DNA of 59,105 nucleotides from the IMG/VR virus record IMGVR_UViG_3300030330_000851, positions 1-59,105 of that record, one strand, 5' to 3'. The position numbers and the translations under genes were made by a program. The notes beneath the pieces are model-generated. The model had not been told where the DNA came from. It ran no database searches and saw nothing but the letters and a program-made list of their open reading frames with translations. The DNA is from a virus. Its lineage: Duplodnaviria; Caudoviricetes. This document shows positions 9,132 to 19,854 of this stretch, one piece after another (the stretch's first letter is position 1; each line of letters opens with the position of its first letter).

Positions 9132-9357
9132 AGAATTAATAAAGGTTGCTCAAGAAGAAATAATAAAACCTGACCCTGAAGATGAGCTTGCGGCAGACAG
9201 ATTAAAGAATGCAGCAGCTACAAAGAAGTTAGCCATCATAGATGCGTTTGATATATTAAAACGTATAGATGAAGAAAAAGAAAGATTAGAATACGAGAGT
9301 AAAGGAACAACACGAACAGATACAAAACAAGGATTTGCAGAACGAAGGTCAAAATAG
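9076..9357 (+). CDS. Helical protein, possible terminase small subunit
   Basis: Small, alpha-helical, overlaps the terL start. Confidence 0.45.
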   Translation: MESNQLKLKIIEAGKKAVKELIKVAQEEIIKPDPEDELAADRLKNAAATKKLAIIDAFDILKRIDEEKERLEYESKGTTRTDTKQGFAERRSK

Positions 9358-11566
9358 TTTATACACCGTAGCAAAAGACTACATCTCAGAATCTCATATT
9401 AAAAAAAACAATAAGAGAAAGTCATGGGAGTATGGATATAATAAAGAACATGATGTTGTTGTTATATCTAAAGATGGGACTATTGGTGATGTTGTGTGTA
9501 TTAGCGGTTTGTATATTGCGTTACCTCAAGCACCGCACAATATAAAAACAGAAGAAGATTATTGGGTGCGCAAAGAATATCCTAAAGAGTTGGATAGAGT
9601 AAACAGTATCTTTCAATGGAATGAAATGCCACGTGAGTTTAAAGACAAGTGGGTAGACTATATTGAAGAAGAATTTGATAGCAGAGAGGAAGGGCATTGG
9701 TTTATAAACAACAATAAACCTACTTATATTACGGGAGCGCATTATATGTATTTACAGTGGACTAAGATTGATGTAGGGTATCCGGATTACCGAGAAGCTA
9801 ATCGTATATTCTTTATATATTGGGAAGCGTGTAAAGCCGATAAGAGATGTTTTGGTATGGTGTATCTAAAGATAAGACGTTCAGGGTTTTCATTTATGGG
9901 TTCAGCAGAAGCGGTAAATACGGCAACGATTGCAAGAGACTCAAGGGTAGGTATATTATCTAAGACAGGTTCAGATGCAAAAAAAATGTTTACTGATAAG
10001 GTGGTTCCTATATCTCAACACTTACCATTTTTTTTCAAGCCTATTCAAGATGGTATGGACAGACCAAAGACTGAGTTGGCTTATCGTGTGCCTGCATCTA
10101 AGATTACTAAAAAGAATATGCATGAGATAGGAGAAGATGAGATGGAGGGATTAGATACCACTATTGATTGGAAGAACACAGATGACAACTCTTATGATGG
10201 TGAGAAGTTATTATTACTTGTACACGATGAGAGTGGTAAGTGGTTAAAGCCAAATGATATACTAAACAATTGGAGGGTAACTAAAACTTGTTTGCGTTTG
10301 GGTAGTAAGATAATTGGTAAGTGTATGATGGGTTCTACATCTAACGCATTAAACAAAGGTGGTAGTAACTTTAAGAAGTTATATGAAAGTTCTAATGTAA
10401 TGAAAAGAAACTCCAATGGTATGACAAAGAGTGGTATGTATTCTTTGTTTATTCCTATGGAGTGGAATATGGAAGGATTTATAGATAGATATGGCTTCCC
10501 TGTATTTAGAACACCAAGCAAAGAAGTAAGAGGAGTGGATGATGAGATGATTGAGTTTGGCGCTATAGACTATTGGGAGAATGAAGTGCAGTCATTGAAA
10601 AGTGACCCCGATGCATTGAATGAATTTTATAGACAGTTTCCACGCACAGAGTCACACGCATTTAGAGATGAGAGCAAAGCCTCTTTATTTAATCTAACAA
10701 AGATATATCAACAGATAGATTATAATGACGCGTTGATAACTGACCATCATTTAACACGCGGTTCATTTAGGTGGTTAAATGGAGAGAAAGACACTAAAGT
10801 TGTATTTAGTCCTGACAAGAGAGGACGGTTCCTTGTTAGTTGGACTCCTGAAAAGGGTTTGCAAAATAGAGTCATTATAAAGAATGGGATAAAATATCCG
10901 GGCAATGAACACTTAGGTGCTTTTGGATGTGACTCCTATGATATATCAGGAGTAGTTGGTGGTGGTGGGTCTAATGGTGCATTACATGGTGTAACTAAAT
11001 TTAATATGGACAACGCTCCAAGTAATGAATTTTTCTTGCAGTATATAGCAAGACCTCAAACGGCTGAGATATTTTTTGAAGAAGTATTAATGGCTTGTGT
11101 GTTTTATGGAATGCCGATACTTGCAGAGAACAATAAGCCAAGACTATTATATCATTTTAAAAATAGAGGATACAGAGGATTCTCCATGAATAGACCTGAC
11201 AAAGTATACAACAAACTATCTAAGACTGAAAGAGAACTAGGTGGTATACCTAATAGTTCTGAAGATGTAAAACAATCTCATGCGTCTGCCGTTGAGTCTT
11301 ATATAGAAAAATACGTAGGATTGGATATAGAAGGAACCTATAGAAACAGTGATGAAATGGGTTCAATGTTGTTTACAAGAACACTAGAAGATTGGGCAAA
11401 GTTTGATATTAATAATAGAACTCGATATGATGCGACTATAAGTTCAGGACTAGCTATTATGGCTATACAGAAGCACTTATATCAGCCTCAAAAAGTAGAG
11501 TCAAAAATAAGCATTAACTTTGCAAGGTATAGGAACAAAGGAATTTACAGTGAATTAATTAAATGA
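9335..11566 (+). CDS. terL: Terminase large subunit
   Basis: KIRRSGFS (Walker A-like), LLLVHDE (Walker B), MGST coupling motif, GCDSYD nuclease motif. Confidence 0.9.
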   Translation: MQNEGQNSLYTVAKDYISESHIKKNNKRKSWEYGYNKEHDVVVISKDGTIGDVVCISGLYIALPQAPHNIKTEEDYWVRKEYPKELDRVNSIFQWNEMPREFKDKWVDYIEEEFDSREEGHWFINNNKPTYITGAHYMYLQWTKIDVGYPDYREANRIFFIYWEACKADKRCFGMVYLKIRRSGFSFMGSAEAVNTATIARDSRVGILSKTGSDAKKMFTDKVVPISQHLPFFFKPIQDGMDRPKTELAYRVPASKITKKNMHEIGEDEMEGLDTTIDWKNTDDNSYDGEKLLLLVHDESGKWLKPNDILNNWRVTKTCLRLGSKIIGKCMMGSTSNALNKGGSNFKKLYESSNVMKRNSNGMTKSGMYSLFIPMEWNMEGFIDRYGFPVFRTPSKEVRGVDDEMIEFGAIDYWENEVQSLKSDPDALNEFYRQFPRTESHAFRDESKASLFNLTKIYQQIDYNDALITDHHLTRGSFRWLNGEKDTKVVFSPDKRGRFLVSWTPEKGLQNRVIIKNGIKYPGNEHLGAFGCDSYDISGVVGGGGSNGALHGVTKFNMDNAPSNEFFLQYIARPQTAEIFFEEVLMACVFYGMPILAENNKPRLLYHFKNRGYRGFSMNRPDKVYNKLSKTERELGGIPNSSEDVKQSHASAVESYIEKYVGLDIEGTYRNSDEMGSMLFTRTLEDWAKFDINNRTRYDATISSGLAIMAIQKHLYQPQKVESKISINFARYRNKGIYSELIK

Positions 11567-14001
11567 TGAAAGAAGTTAAGATAAATATAAATGATGTGGG
11601 CTTTCCAAATCAATTTGTATCGGATGCTGAAAAAGCAACAGTCGAATATGGATTGCAAATTGGACAAGCTATTCAATACGAGTGGTTCAGAAAAGATGGA
11701 AACCAATGTAGATTTTATAATCAGTTTGCTAACTTTAATAGATTGCGTTTATATGCAAGGGGAGAACAACCTATAGGTAAATATAAAAATGAATTAGCCA
11801 TTGATGGTGATTTATCTTATCTTAATCTTGATTGGACTCCTGTTCCTATAATTCCTAAGTTTGTAGATATTGTAGTAAACGGGATGTCGGATAGGTTGTT
11901 TGAGGTTAAAGCTTATGCACAAGATGCTTTGTCTCAAGGAAAGAGAAGTAAGTATAAAAACATTATACGTTCTCAGATGATAGCAAAACCTATATTAGAA
12001 AACATACAAGGTAACTTTGGAATCAATCCTTTTACTGTTAATCCCGATGAGCTTCCTAGAACTGATGAAGAACTTTCTTTATACATGCAACTTAATTATA
12101 AACCTGCTATTGAGATAGCAGAAGAAGAAGCTATTAATACTTTGTTAGAAGCAAATCATTATGAGGATTTAAGAAAAAGATGTGATTATGATTTAATGGT
12201 ATTGGGTATAGGAATGACAAAGCATGAGTTCCTTCCCGGTGATGGAGTTAAAATAAAATATGTAGACCCTGCAAATGTGGTATATAGTTATACGGAAGAC
12301 CCTCACTTTAAAGATTGTTTCTATTGGGGAGAAATAAAAACTATTCCCATTACAGAGTTAATGAAGATAGACCCTAACCTTACTAAAGAAGATTTAGAAG
12401 TTATAAGTCAGTCTAGTCAGAATTGGTACAACTATTATAATGTAGCTCAGTTCTATGAGAATAGTTTGTTTTATAGAGACACCTGTACTCTTTTATATTT
12501 TAATTATAAGACTACACAAAAGATGGTGTATAAGAAAAAGATATTAGAAGGAGGAGGTAGTAGAGTAATTGAAAAAGACGACACCTTTAATCCACCGGAA
12601 GAGATGATGGAAGAAGGTAACTTTGAAAAGTTAGAGAAAACTATTGATGTGTGGTATGATGGTATCATGGTCATGGGAACTAACATTATATTAAAGTGGG
12701 AACTTGCTGAGAATATGGTTCGTCCTCAATCTGCCACTCAACATGCACTGCCTAATTATATTGCCGTAGCACCTCGAATGTACAAAGGTAACATTGAATC
12801 TTTAGTAAGACGAATGATTCCATTTGCCGATTTAATTCAAATGACTCATTTAAAACTGCAACAGGTATTATCACGAGTAGTCCCTGATGGTGTGTTCATA
12901 GATGCTGATGGACTGAATGAAGTAGACTTAGGGACAGGTCAAGCTTATAATCCTGAAGATGCATTAAGGTTATACTTCCAAACGGGTAGTGTGATTGGTA
13001 GAAGTTATACACAAGATGGAGACTTTAATCAAGCAAGGGTTCCTATTAGAGAGTTAAATTCTTCTTCAGGAGCAAACAAAATGCAAATGTTAATTCAAAA
13101 CTATAATTACTATTTAAGTATGATTAGGGATGTAACAGGGTTAAATGAAGCAAGAGATGCTTCTACTCCTAACCCTGACTCTTTAGTTGGCTTACAAAAG
13201 CTTGCAGCACTAAATAGTAATACAGCTACGCGACATATACTTGATGGAAGTTTATTCCTTGTTCGTAGTTTAGGAGAAGCTTTGACGTATAGGGTTGCAG
13301 ATATTTTAGAGTATTCGGATTTTGCTGAAGAATTTGTTAATCAAATAGGAAAGTTCAATGTATCTATTCTTGATGAGATAAAAGAGTTGTATATATATGA
13401 CTTTGGTATTTTTATAGAGGTGAGTCCTGATGAAGAACAAAAAGCTTTACTTGAACAAAACATTCAGATGGCTTTATCAAAGAATGATATTAATCTTGAA
13501 GATGCTATTGACATTAGGGAGATTAAAAACATTAAGCTTGCTACTCAACTATTAAAAGTAAAGAGAGAACAAAAGGCAGAGAAAGAACAACAAATGGCTA
13601 TGCAGCAACAAGCTATGCAACAGCAGGCTCAACAACAAGCTCAACAATTAAAAGACCAAGCTGAGATACAAAAGATACAGTTAGATACGCAATCTAAAAT
13701 TCAAATAGAGCAAGCTAAGATTTCTTTTGAAATAGAAAAGATGCAAGCCGAAGCAGCTTTAAAGCGTGAGCTTATGGCTGAAGAGTTTAATTATAATATG
13801 GGTCTTCGTGATGTAAGTGAAAATGCATTACAGGAAAGAGAGACTCAAAGAGAAAAAGCGAAGTCGGAAAGAATAACTCAACAGAATAATCAACAATCAA
13901 AATTAATCAATCAAAGACAAAATAATCTACCACCTCAGAATTTTGAATCTAACGAAGATAGTTTAGATGGATTTGACTTTGCAGAGTTCAATCCAAGGTA
14001 G
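11563..14001 (+). CDS. Portal protein
   Basis: Follows terL; IIPKFVD, VDPANV, IRDVTGLNEAR; Gln-rich coiled-coil C-terminus. Confidence 0.85.
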   Translation: MMKEVKININDVGFPNQFVSDAEKATVEYGLQIGQAIQYEWFRKDGNQCRFYNQFANFNRLRLYARGEQPIGKYKNELAIDGDLSYLNLDWTPVPIIPKFVDIVVNGMSDRLFEVKAYAQDALSQGKRSKYKNIIRSQMIAKPILENIQGNFGINPFTVNPDELPRTDEELSLYMQLNYKPAIEIAEEEAINTLLEANHYEDLRKRCDYDLMVLGIGMTKHEFLPGDGVKIKYVDPANVVYSYTEDPHFKDCFYWGEIKTIPITELMKIDPNLTKEDLEVISQSSQNWYNYYNVAQFYENSLFYRDTCTLLYFNYKTTQKMVYKKKILEGGGSRVIEKDDTFNPPEEMMEEGNFEKLEKTIDVWYDGIMVMGTNIILKWELAENMVRPQSATQHALPNYIAVAPRMYKGNIESLVRRMIPFADLIQMTHLKLQQVLSRVVPDGVFIDADGLNEVDLGTGQAYNPEDALRLYFQTGSVIGRSYTQDGDFNQARVPIRELNSSSGANKMQMLIQNYNYYLSMIRDVTGLNEARDASTPNPDSLVGLQKLAALNSNTATRHILDGSLFLVRSLGEALTYRVADILEYSDFAEEFVNQIGKFNVSILDEIKELYIYDFGIFIEVSPDEEQKALLEQNIQMALSKNDINLEDAIDIREIKNIKLATQLLKVKREQKAEKEQQMAMQQQAMQQQAQQQAQQLKDQAEIQKIQLDTQSKIQIEQAKISFEIEKMQAEAALKRELMAEEFNYNMGLRDVSENALQERETQREKAKSERITQQNNQQSKLINQRQNNLPPQNFESNEDSLDGFDFAEFNPR

Positions 14002-14051
14002 CTAAAAAATTGTAGTATTTTTTGTGTAACTTTGTAACAAAATTAAATTAA

Positions 14052-15158
14052 ATGGAAATAAAAGTAAAAGCATTAGACAACGTAGAAAGTAAAAGTGTTC
14101 AAGAAGTAGAAAAAGAATTACTTGAAAAACATGAAGAACAGTTTGAAGATGCCAAAGACAAAGAAGAAGTAACAGTAGTGGAGGAAACTCCACAGGCAGA
14201 TTCAACAGAAGAAGCCACAGAAGAAACATCCTTAACGGATGAAGAAGTTCTTTCATATATTGGAAAAAGATACGGAAAGGAAATCAATTCATTTGATGAG
14301 TTGATGGCAGAGCGTGAATCATCTGAAGAATTACCTGAAGATGTAGCTGCTTACTTTAAGTATAAAAAAGATACAGGTCGTAATATGGATGATTATATAA
14401 AGTTACAACGTGACTTTGATTCTATGGAAGACGACAATTTGTTAGCTGAGTATTATCTTACTACGGAAGACGGAGTAGACCGTGAGGATGTAAAAGATAT
14501 GATAGAAGATTTTTCTTACGATGAAGACATTGATGAAGAAAAGTTTATTAGAAAACAAAAGCTAGCAAAGAAAAAAGAAATTGCTAAAGCTCGAAAGTTT
14601 TTTACTGAGCAGCAGGAAACATATAAACAGCCTCTTGAGTCAAGTACGGTTGGGGTGTCTCCCGAAGCACAAGCACAGCTTGATGAGTATAAGCAATATT
14701 TAGCAGATGCTAAAACATATGAAGAGGAGAGTAAGCGTAAATCAGAATGGTTTACCAAGAAAACAAATGATGTTTTTAACAATGAGTTCAAAGGTTTTGA
14801 GTTTAATATTAATGACAAAAGTTTTCAATTTACTCCCGGTGACCGCGAGGAATTAAGAAAGGCTCACTCAAGTCCTATGAATTTTTATTCTAAGTTCTTG
14901 GATGACAAAGGTCTTTTAAATGATGCGCAAGGTTATCATAGGTCTTTAGCTATTGCAATGAACCCTGAAAAGTTTGCCAAGTTCTTTTATGAGCAAGGTA
15001 AATCAGAAGCGGTTGATAATGTTATGCGTAAACAAAAGAATGTCAATATGACAACACGCAGAGCGCCTGAGACTGTGACTAAAGGGGGAATGAAAATTAG
15101 AGCCGTTAACAACGACTCAGGTCGTGGGCTTAAAATTAGAAGTATAAAGAAAATTTAA
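14052..15158 (+). CDS. Putative capsid scaffold protein
   Basis: Highly acidic and helical, between portal and MCP; TAACTTTG box at 14027-14034. Confidence 0.65.
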   Translation: MEIKVKALDNVESKSVQEVEKELLEKHEEQFEDAKDKEEVTVVEETPQADSTEEATEETSLTDEEVLSYIGKRYGKEINSFDELMAERESSEELPEDVAAYFKYKKDTGRNMDDYIKLQRDFDSMEDDNLLAEYYLTTEDGVDREDVKDMIEDFSYDEDIDEEKFIRKQKLAKKKEIAKARKFFTEQQETYKQPLESSTVGVSPEAQAQLDEYKQYLADAKTYEEESKRKSEWFTKKTNDVFNNEFKGFEFNINDKSFQFTPGDREELRKAHSSPMNFYSKFLDDKGLLNDAQGYHRSLAIAMNPEKFAKFFYEQGKSEAVDNVMRKQKNVNMTTRRAPETVTKGGMKIRAVNNDSGRGLKIRSIKKI

Positions 15159-15177
15159 AAATTAAAAATTAAAAAAA

Positions 15178-16584
15178 ATGGCAGTATTAGCAACTCCGGG
15201 GTTTGATTTACAACCCTCAGCAGAACAGGTCGCATTAGCGTCCAATTATATTACCAACTTTGATTTCTTAAATCAGTATCTACCTGATACTTATGAGAAG
15301 GAATTTGAAAGATATGGTAACAGAACAGTAGCATCTTTCTTACGTTTAGTAGGAGCAGAGATGCCATCAAACTCAGACCTTATCAAATGGGCAGAGCAAG
15401 GAAGATTACACACTAAGTATACAGACATGGTAGCAGGTGCGGGAGTAGCAGGAGCAACATTGAATACCTACATAGTTAATGATGCTAATGTAACCGGAAT
15501 CGCATTACGTGCAGGTCAAACTGTAATGCTTGTTGACCCCGCAACAAACACCTCTATTAAAGGATTAATTACACGTGTTATTAACACAGGTGGTACAGGT
15601 GCAGGTGAGGTTGAGATTACTTACTATGAAGCAGGTGGGCAGCCATGGGCAGCATTAACAGGCGGTATTACATTATTTGTATATGGTTCTGAATTTGGAA
15701 AAGGAACAAATGGAATGGTTGGAAGCCTTGAGGCTGAAGATGTATTCTTTGACAACAAACCAATCATCATCAAGGATAAGTATGCAGTATCAGGTTCTGA
15801 TATGGCACAAATCGGATGGGTTGAAGTATCAACTGAAAATGGTGCAACAGGATACCTTTGGTATTTAAAGTCTGAGCATGAGACAAGACTCCGTTTTGAG
15901 GATTACTTAGAAACAGCTATGCTTGAGGCAGTTCCTGCAGGAGCAGGTTCAGCTTTATTGGGTACAGCAACTACAGGTTCAGAAGGTATCTTCCACGTTG
16001 TAGAGAACAGAGGAAATGTTTGGGGTGGTGGTAATCCACAAGTCCTAGGTGATTTCGATGCAGTTATCCAAAGATTAGACAAGCAAGGTGCAATCGAAGA
16101 GAATGTTATCTTCTTGAATCGTCAGTTTGGATTTGATGTAGATGATATGTTAGCAGCTCAAAACTCTTATGGTGCAGGTGGTACGTCTTACGGACTATTT
16201 GACAACGATGAAGAGATGGCTCTTAACTTAGGATTCTCAGGATTCAGAAGAGGATATGACTTCTACAAGACAGATTGGAAATACTTAAATGACCCAACAA
16301 TGAGAGGTGGTATTAACGGTGCAGGTGTAGGAATCAATGGACTTATGGTTCCTGCAGGTTCAACATCTGTATATGACCAAATCCTTGGTAAGAACGCAAA
16401 GCGTCCTTTCTTACACGTACGTTACAGAGCTTCTGAAACAGAAGACAGACGATACAAAACTTGGATTACAGGTTCAGCCGGAGGTGCAAGAACTTCTGAC
16501 TTAGATGCGATGGAAGTTAACTTCCTATCTGAGAGAGCAGTTTGTACTCTTGGAGCGAACAACTTCTTTATTTTTAAAGACTAA
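15178..16584 (+). CDS. Major capsid protein
   Basis: Position, size, biased codon usage and a strong terminator immediately downstream. Confidence 0.8.
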   Translation: MAVLATPGFDLQPSAEQVALASNYITNFDFLNQYLPDTYEKEFERYGNRTVASFLRLVGAEMPSNSDLIKWAEQGRLHTKYTDMVAGAGVAGATLNTYIVNDANVTGIALRAGQTVMLVDPATNTSIKGLITRVINTGGTGAGEVEITYYEAGGQPWAALTGGITLFVYGSEFGKGTNGMVGSLEAEDVFFDNKPIIIKDKYAVSGSDMAQIGWVEVSTENGATGYLWYLKSEHETRLRFEDYLETAMLEAVPAGAGSALLGTATTGSEGIFHVVENRGNVWGGGNPQVLGDFDAVIQRLDKQGAIEENVIFLNRQFGFDVDDMLAAQNSYGAGGTSYGLFDNDEEMALNLGFSGFRRGYDFYKTDWKYLNDPTMRGGINGAGVGINGLMVPAGSTSVYDQILGKNAKRPFLHVRYRASETEDRRYKTWITGSAGGARTSDLDAMEVNFLSERAVCTLGANNFFIFKD

Positions 16585-16595
16585 GAATAATTATT

Positions 16596-16625
16596 AGGGA
16601 GGGTTAACCCCCTCCCTTTTTTTTT
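16596..16625 (+). terminator. Intrinsic terminator
   Basis: AGGGAGGG-ttaacc-CCCTCCCT followed by a T-run. Confidence 0.85.
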
Positions 16626-16644
16626 AAATTTTAAATCAAATCAA

Positions 16645-17394
16645 ATGAAAAAACAAAGTACCCTTGTAACTAAATATTACAAATTAAAAAGGGATGCAGC
16701 TCCTTTATGTTATATGCTGCCAACACGACACACAAGACGTTCAGCCTTACTTTACTTCGACCCAAAAACTAACACCAATAGAGCATTGCGTTATGCTGCT
16801 AATCAAAAAACTCCTTTCGAGGATGAGCAGGATGGAAATGTAATACTTGAACCAATAGTATTTGAGGATGGTTTCTTAACAGTGCCATCAACTAATCCTG
16901 TATTGCAGGAGTTTTTATATTTACATCCACAAAGAGATATTGTATTTGAGGAAGTAGATGATGAGAAAGATGCAAAAGATGAGGTTGAAGATTTAAACGT
17001 AGAGGTTGATGCATTAATACAAGCACGACAGTTATCTATTTCACAATTAGAAATGGTGTCACGTGTATTATTTGGCACTGACCCTGATAAAGTTTCAACA
17101 GCAGAATTAAAAAGAGATATCCTTGTTTATGCAAAAAGAGAGCCTCATCATTTCCTGCAGGTTCTAAGTGACCCTGAGTTAACTCATACATCACAAGTAA
17201 AGGTTTTCTTTGAAAAAGGATTGCTATCCTTTAGAAACAAGCGGAAGGATGTATACTTTAATACACCATCTAATAAAAAGAGAATGCTTGTAGTTCCTTT
17301 TGGTGAAGACCCATACTATGTGGTAGGTTCATACTTAAAATCTGAAGAGGGAATAGAAGCGTTAAAGATGCTTGAGTCAAACTTAGAAGACTAA
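16645..17394 (+). CDS. Hypothetical protein of the head module
   Basis: 249-aa ORF after the MCP; FEDG.L.V..NP.LQEFL.LHP. Confidence 0.75.
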   Translation: MKKQSTLVTKYYKLKRDAAPLCYMLPTRHTRRSALLYFDPKTNTNRALRYAANQKTPFEDEQDGNVILEPIVFEDGFLTVPSTNPVLQEFLYLHPQRDIVFEEVDDEKDAKDEVEDLNVEVDALIQARQLSISQLEMVSRVLFGTDPDKVSTAELKRDILVYAKREPHHFLQVLSDPELTHTSQVKVFFEKGLLSFRNKRKDVYFNTPSNKKRMLVVPFGEDPYYVVGSYLKSEEGIEALKMLESNLED

Positions 17395-17838
17395 TTTATT
17401 TTAGTTATCTTTGTGGTATTATTAACCCATTAAATTTTTTAAACAATGGCAAAGTATTTATCAGTATATGAAGCTAATAACACACAATATGTAAACCTCA
17501 AAGTAGATGATTTTGTTATTATTACTATTTTAGATTTAAATGTTGGTGTAAAAGTAGAGTTATCCAATGGAAGAGGTTTTACTTTAAACCTTAATGTAGC
17601 AGGGGATGCAACAGGAACTAAAAATGTAAGAGAATATATTCAATCTAATATTATGGATTTGATAAATTCTTCAGCTACTACTACCGTATTGCAGCTTCCA
17701 CAATCACTACCTTTTTTACTAAACGATGAAGAAGGTGAAACACAGCAGGCTCAGATTAGCACTATAGTATATGCTTAATTTATTTTAGTTATCTTTGTAT
17801 TATTATTAACCCATTAATTTTTTTACCAATGGCAAAGT
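17392..17838 (+). repeat. About 63-nt direct repeat (17392-17455 and 17776-17838) containing promoter box, leader and start codon
   Basis: TAATTTATTTTAGTTATCTTTGT..TATTATTAACCCATTAA..TTTTTT..CAATGGCAAAGT in both copies. Confidence 0.9.
17446..17778 (+). CDS. Small structural-type protein, paralog A
   Basis: MAKYLSV; 5' region duplicated with the next gene. Confidence 0.7.
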   Translation: MAKYLSVYEANNTQYVNLKVDDFVIITILDLNVGVKVELSNGRGFTLNLNVAGDATGTKNVREYIQSNIMDLINSSATTTVLQLPQSLPFLLNDEEGETQQAQISTIVYA

Positions 17839-18113
17839 TTTTATCAATCCCTGTAACAAGTCAAGGGAGTCAATTAGTATCTGCTGATAACATTAAACTT
17901 ATTGAGCAGGCTTCAACTACTACCGTAACTATTGTATATGGTGGAGCATCAGCACAAGATGTTATAACAATTACTCACGCTACTCAAGCAAGTGGTCAAG
18001 AGATGAGAGATGTTATTCAAGATGCAGTTGTTAATGCACATCAAAGTATGTGGCAAGAAGTAGTGACTGCCGTACTACCTACTAAAGCAGTAAGTGGTAT
18101 TGCTATAGCATAA
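17829..18113 (+). CDS. Small structural-type protein, paralog B
   Basis: MAKFLSI; ends ISxIxxA-like, as does paralog A. Confidence 0.75.
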   Translation: MAKFLSIPVTSQGSQLVSADNIKLIEQASTTTVTIVYGGASAQDVITITHATQASGQEMRDVIQDAVVNAHQSMWQEVVTAVLPTKAVSGIAIA

Positions 18114-18135
18114 CTAAAACCATAGCTTTATTATT

Positions 18136-18170
18136 AGAGGATGTAAAAAAATGCATCCTCTTTTTTTTTT
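18136..18170 (+). terminator. Intrinsic terminator followed by a TATCTTTG box (18174-18181)
   Basis: AGAGGATG..CATCCTCT followed by a T-run. Confidence 0.8.
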
Positions 18171-18195
18171 ATTTATCTTTGTAAAAAGATTACCA

Positions 18196-18927
18196 ATGAT
18201 AAATTCTGTTCGAACAACTGTATTGGCTGTATTAAACAAGAACAACTACGGATACATATCCCCATCTGATTTTAATCTATATGCTAAACAAGCACAGCTT
18301 GATTTGTATGAGGATTATTTTTATACTTACAACTTTCAAGTTAACAAAGAAAATGCAAGACAGTCAGGTACAGGTATAGCTGACTTAAAGAAAAGCTTGG
18401 CTGAAGTAATTGAGTTCTTCTCTGTTACCGCAGACTTAACTCACATTGCTACAAATACATTCACTGTTCCTACTACGGCAACAACAGGTAGTGACTATTA
18501 TCTTATTAATAAAGTTTTATTTAACAACGGAACAAAGTTAAAAGAGATGGAGAAGGTTACGCATAGTAAAATAACTATGCTAAACAATTCTTTGCTTACT
18601 GCACCTAATGAAACATTTCCTGCTTATACATTGGAGGGAGATGTTATCACTGCGTATCCAACTACGATTGATGCGAATGGAGAAGTGAAGTGTCAATACT
18701 TTAGATACCCCAAAGACCCTAAGTGGACGTTTATTAATTTGAGCGCAGGAGAACCTTCATTTGATTCTACAGCCGCTGACTATCAAGATTTTGAATTACC
18801 TTTGTCAGATGAGCCAAACTTGGTAGCAAAGATACTTGAGTATGCAGGCATATCTATTAGAGAACAAATGGCTTATCAATTTGCAAAAACAGAAGAAACA
18901 CAAAATATTCAAGAAGAAAGTAGATAA
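18196..18927 (+). CDS. Head-tail adaptor/ring protein
   Basis: NKNNYGYISP.DFN..AQ, YFRYPKDPKW, DFELP; position in the virion module. Confidence 0.65.
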   Translation: MINSVRTTVLAVLNKNNYGYISPSDFNLYAKQAQLDLYEDYFYTYNFQVNKENARQSGTGIADLKKSLAEVIEFFSVTADLTHIATNTFTVPTTATTGSDYYLINKVLFNNGTKLKEMEKVTHSKITMLNNSLLTAPNETFPAYTLEGDVITAYPTTIDANGEVKCQYFRYPKDPKWTFINLSAGEPSFDSTAADYQDFELPLSDEPNLVAKILEYAGISIREQMAYQFAKTEETQNIQEESR

Positions 18928-18929
18928 CC

Positions 18930-19853
18930 ATGGCATATATATCACAGTACGCATATTACGAAAACTCAGGGGCAGTTCCTGAAAATGCTAATTGGGGTTC
19001 CTATCAATACGTTAGTTTAGAAGATGTGGTTAACAACTTCATGTTAATGTATAATGGAAACCATGAGTTAGTTAACAACGAAGAAAGATATAAAGTTTTA
19101 TTCCACGCAAAGAGAGCGATACAAGAATTAAATTACGATGCCTTTAAAGAAATTAAAACATTAGAGCTTGAGGTATGTGACACATTACGCTTTGTGCTGC
19201 CCTCAGACTACGTTAATTGGGTTAGGGTATCCCTATACAAGGACGGATGGTTAAGACCTCTCACAGAGAACATTCAGATTAATGGAGCGAGTGCATATCT
19301 TCAAGACAATGACTGCAGAATTTTATTCGACTTAAATGGGAATGCACTTTCTCCTCAATACTCTAATCTTGATTTTGATAGAATAACTAAAAAGAAAAAA
19401 ACCATTTACCTTAATGAACAAAGTCCTTTTAATAATAGAGAGGGTTATTGTTGTGATGGTGATTGGTATTTTGAGTATAACATTGGAGCTAGGTATGGTT
19501 TAAATACGGAGACCGCAAACTTTAATCCTACATTTAGGATAGACAATAAAGGTGGTGTTATAAACTTTAGTTCGGATATGTCAGGAGAAACTTGTATATT
19601 GGAGTACGTTTCAGATGGTATGGAGAATGGCTCAGACGCAAAAGTTACTGTAAACAAATTGTTTGAAGATTTTATTTATGCATACATTCAATACGCAATA
19701 CTTAACAGTAAACTTGGTGTACAAGAGTACATTGTACGAAGAGCGCAAAAAAATAAGTCAGCTCTATTAAGAAACGCTAAGATTAGAATAAGTAATATTC
19801 ATCCGGGTAGACTCTTAATGAATCTACGAGGAAGAGATAAATGGATAAAGTAG
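18930..19853 (+). CDS. Tail ring/structural protein
   Basis: LPSDYVNWVRVS, ILEYVSDG. Confidence 0.6.
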   Translation: MAYISQYAYYENSGAVPENANWGSYQYVSLEDVVNNFMLMYNGNHELVNNEERYKVLFHAKRAIQELNYDAFKEIKTLELEVCDTLRFVLPSDYVNWVRVSLYKDGWLRPLTENIQINGASAYLQDNDCRILFDLNGNALSPQYSNLDFDRITKKKKTIYLNEQSPFNNREGYCCDGDWYFEYNIGARYGLNTETANFNPTFRIDNKGGVINFSSDMSGETCILEYVSDGMENGSDAKVTVNKLFEDFIYAYIQYAILNSKLGVQEYIVRRAQKNKSALLRNAKIRISNIHPGRLLMNLRGRDKWIK

Positions 19854-19854
19854 G

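Noticed and set aside
13585-13660. CAA/CAG-rich repeat in the portal gene
   Set aside because: Ordinary Gln-rich coiled coil of portal C-termini
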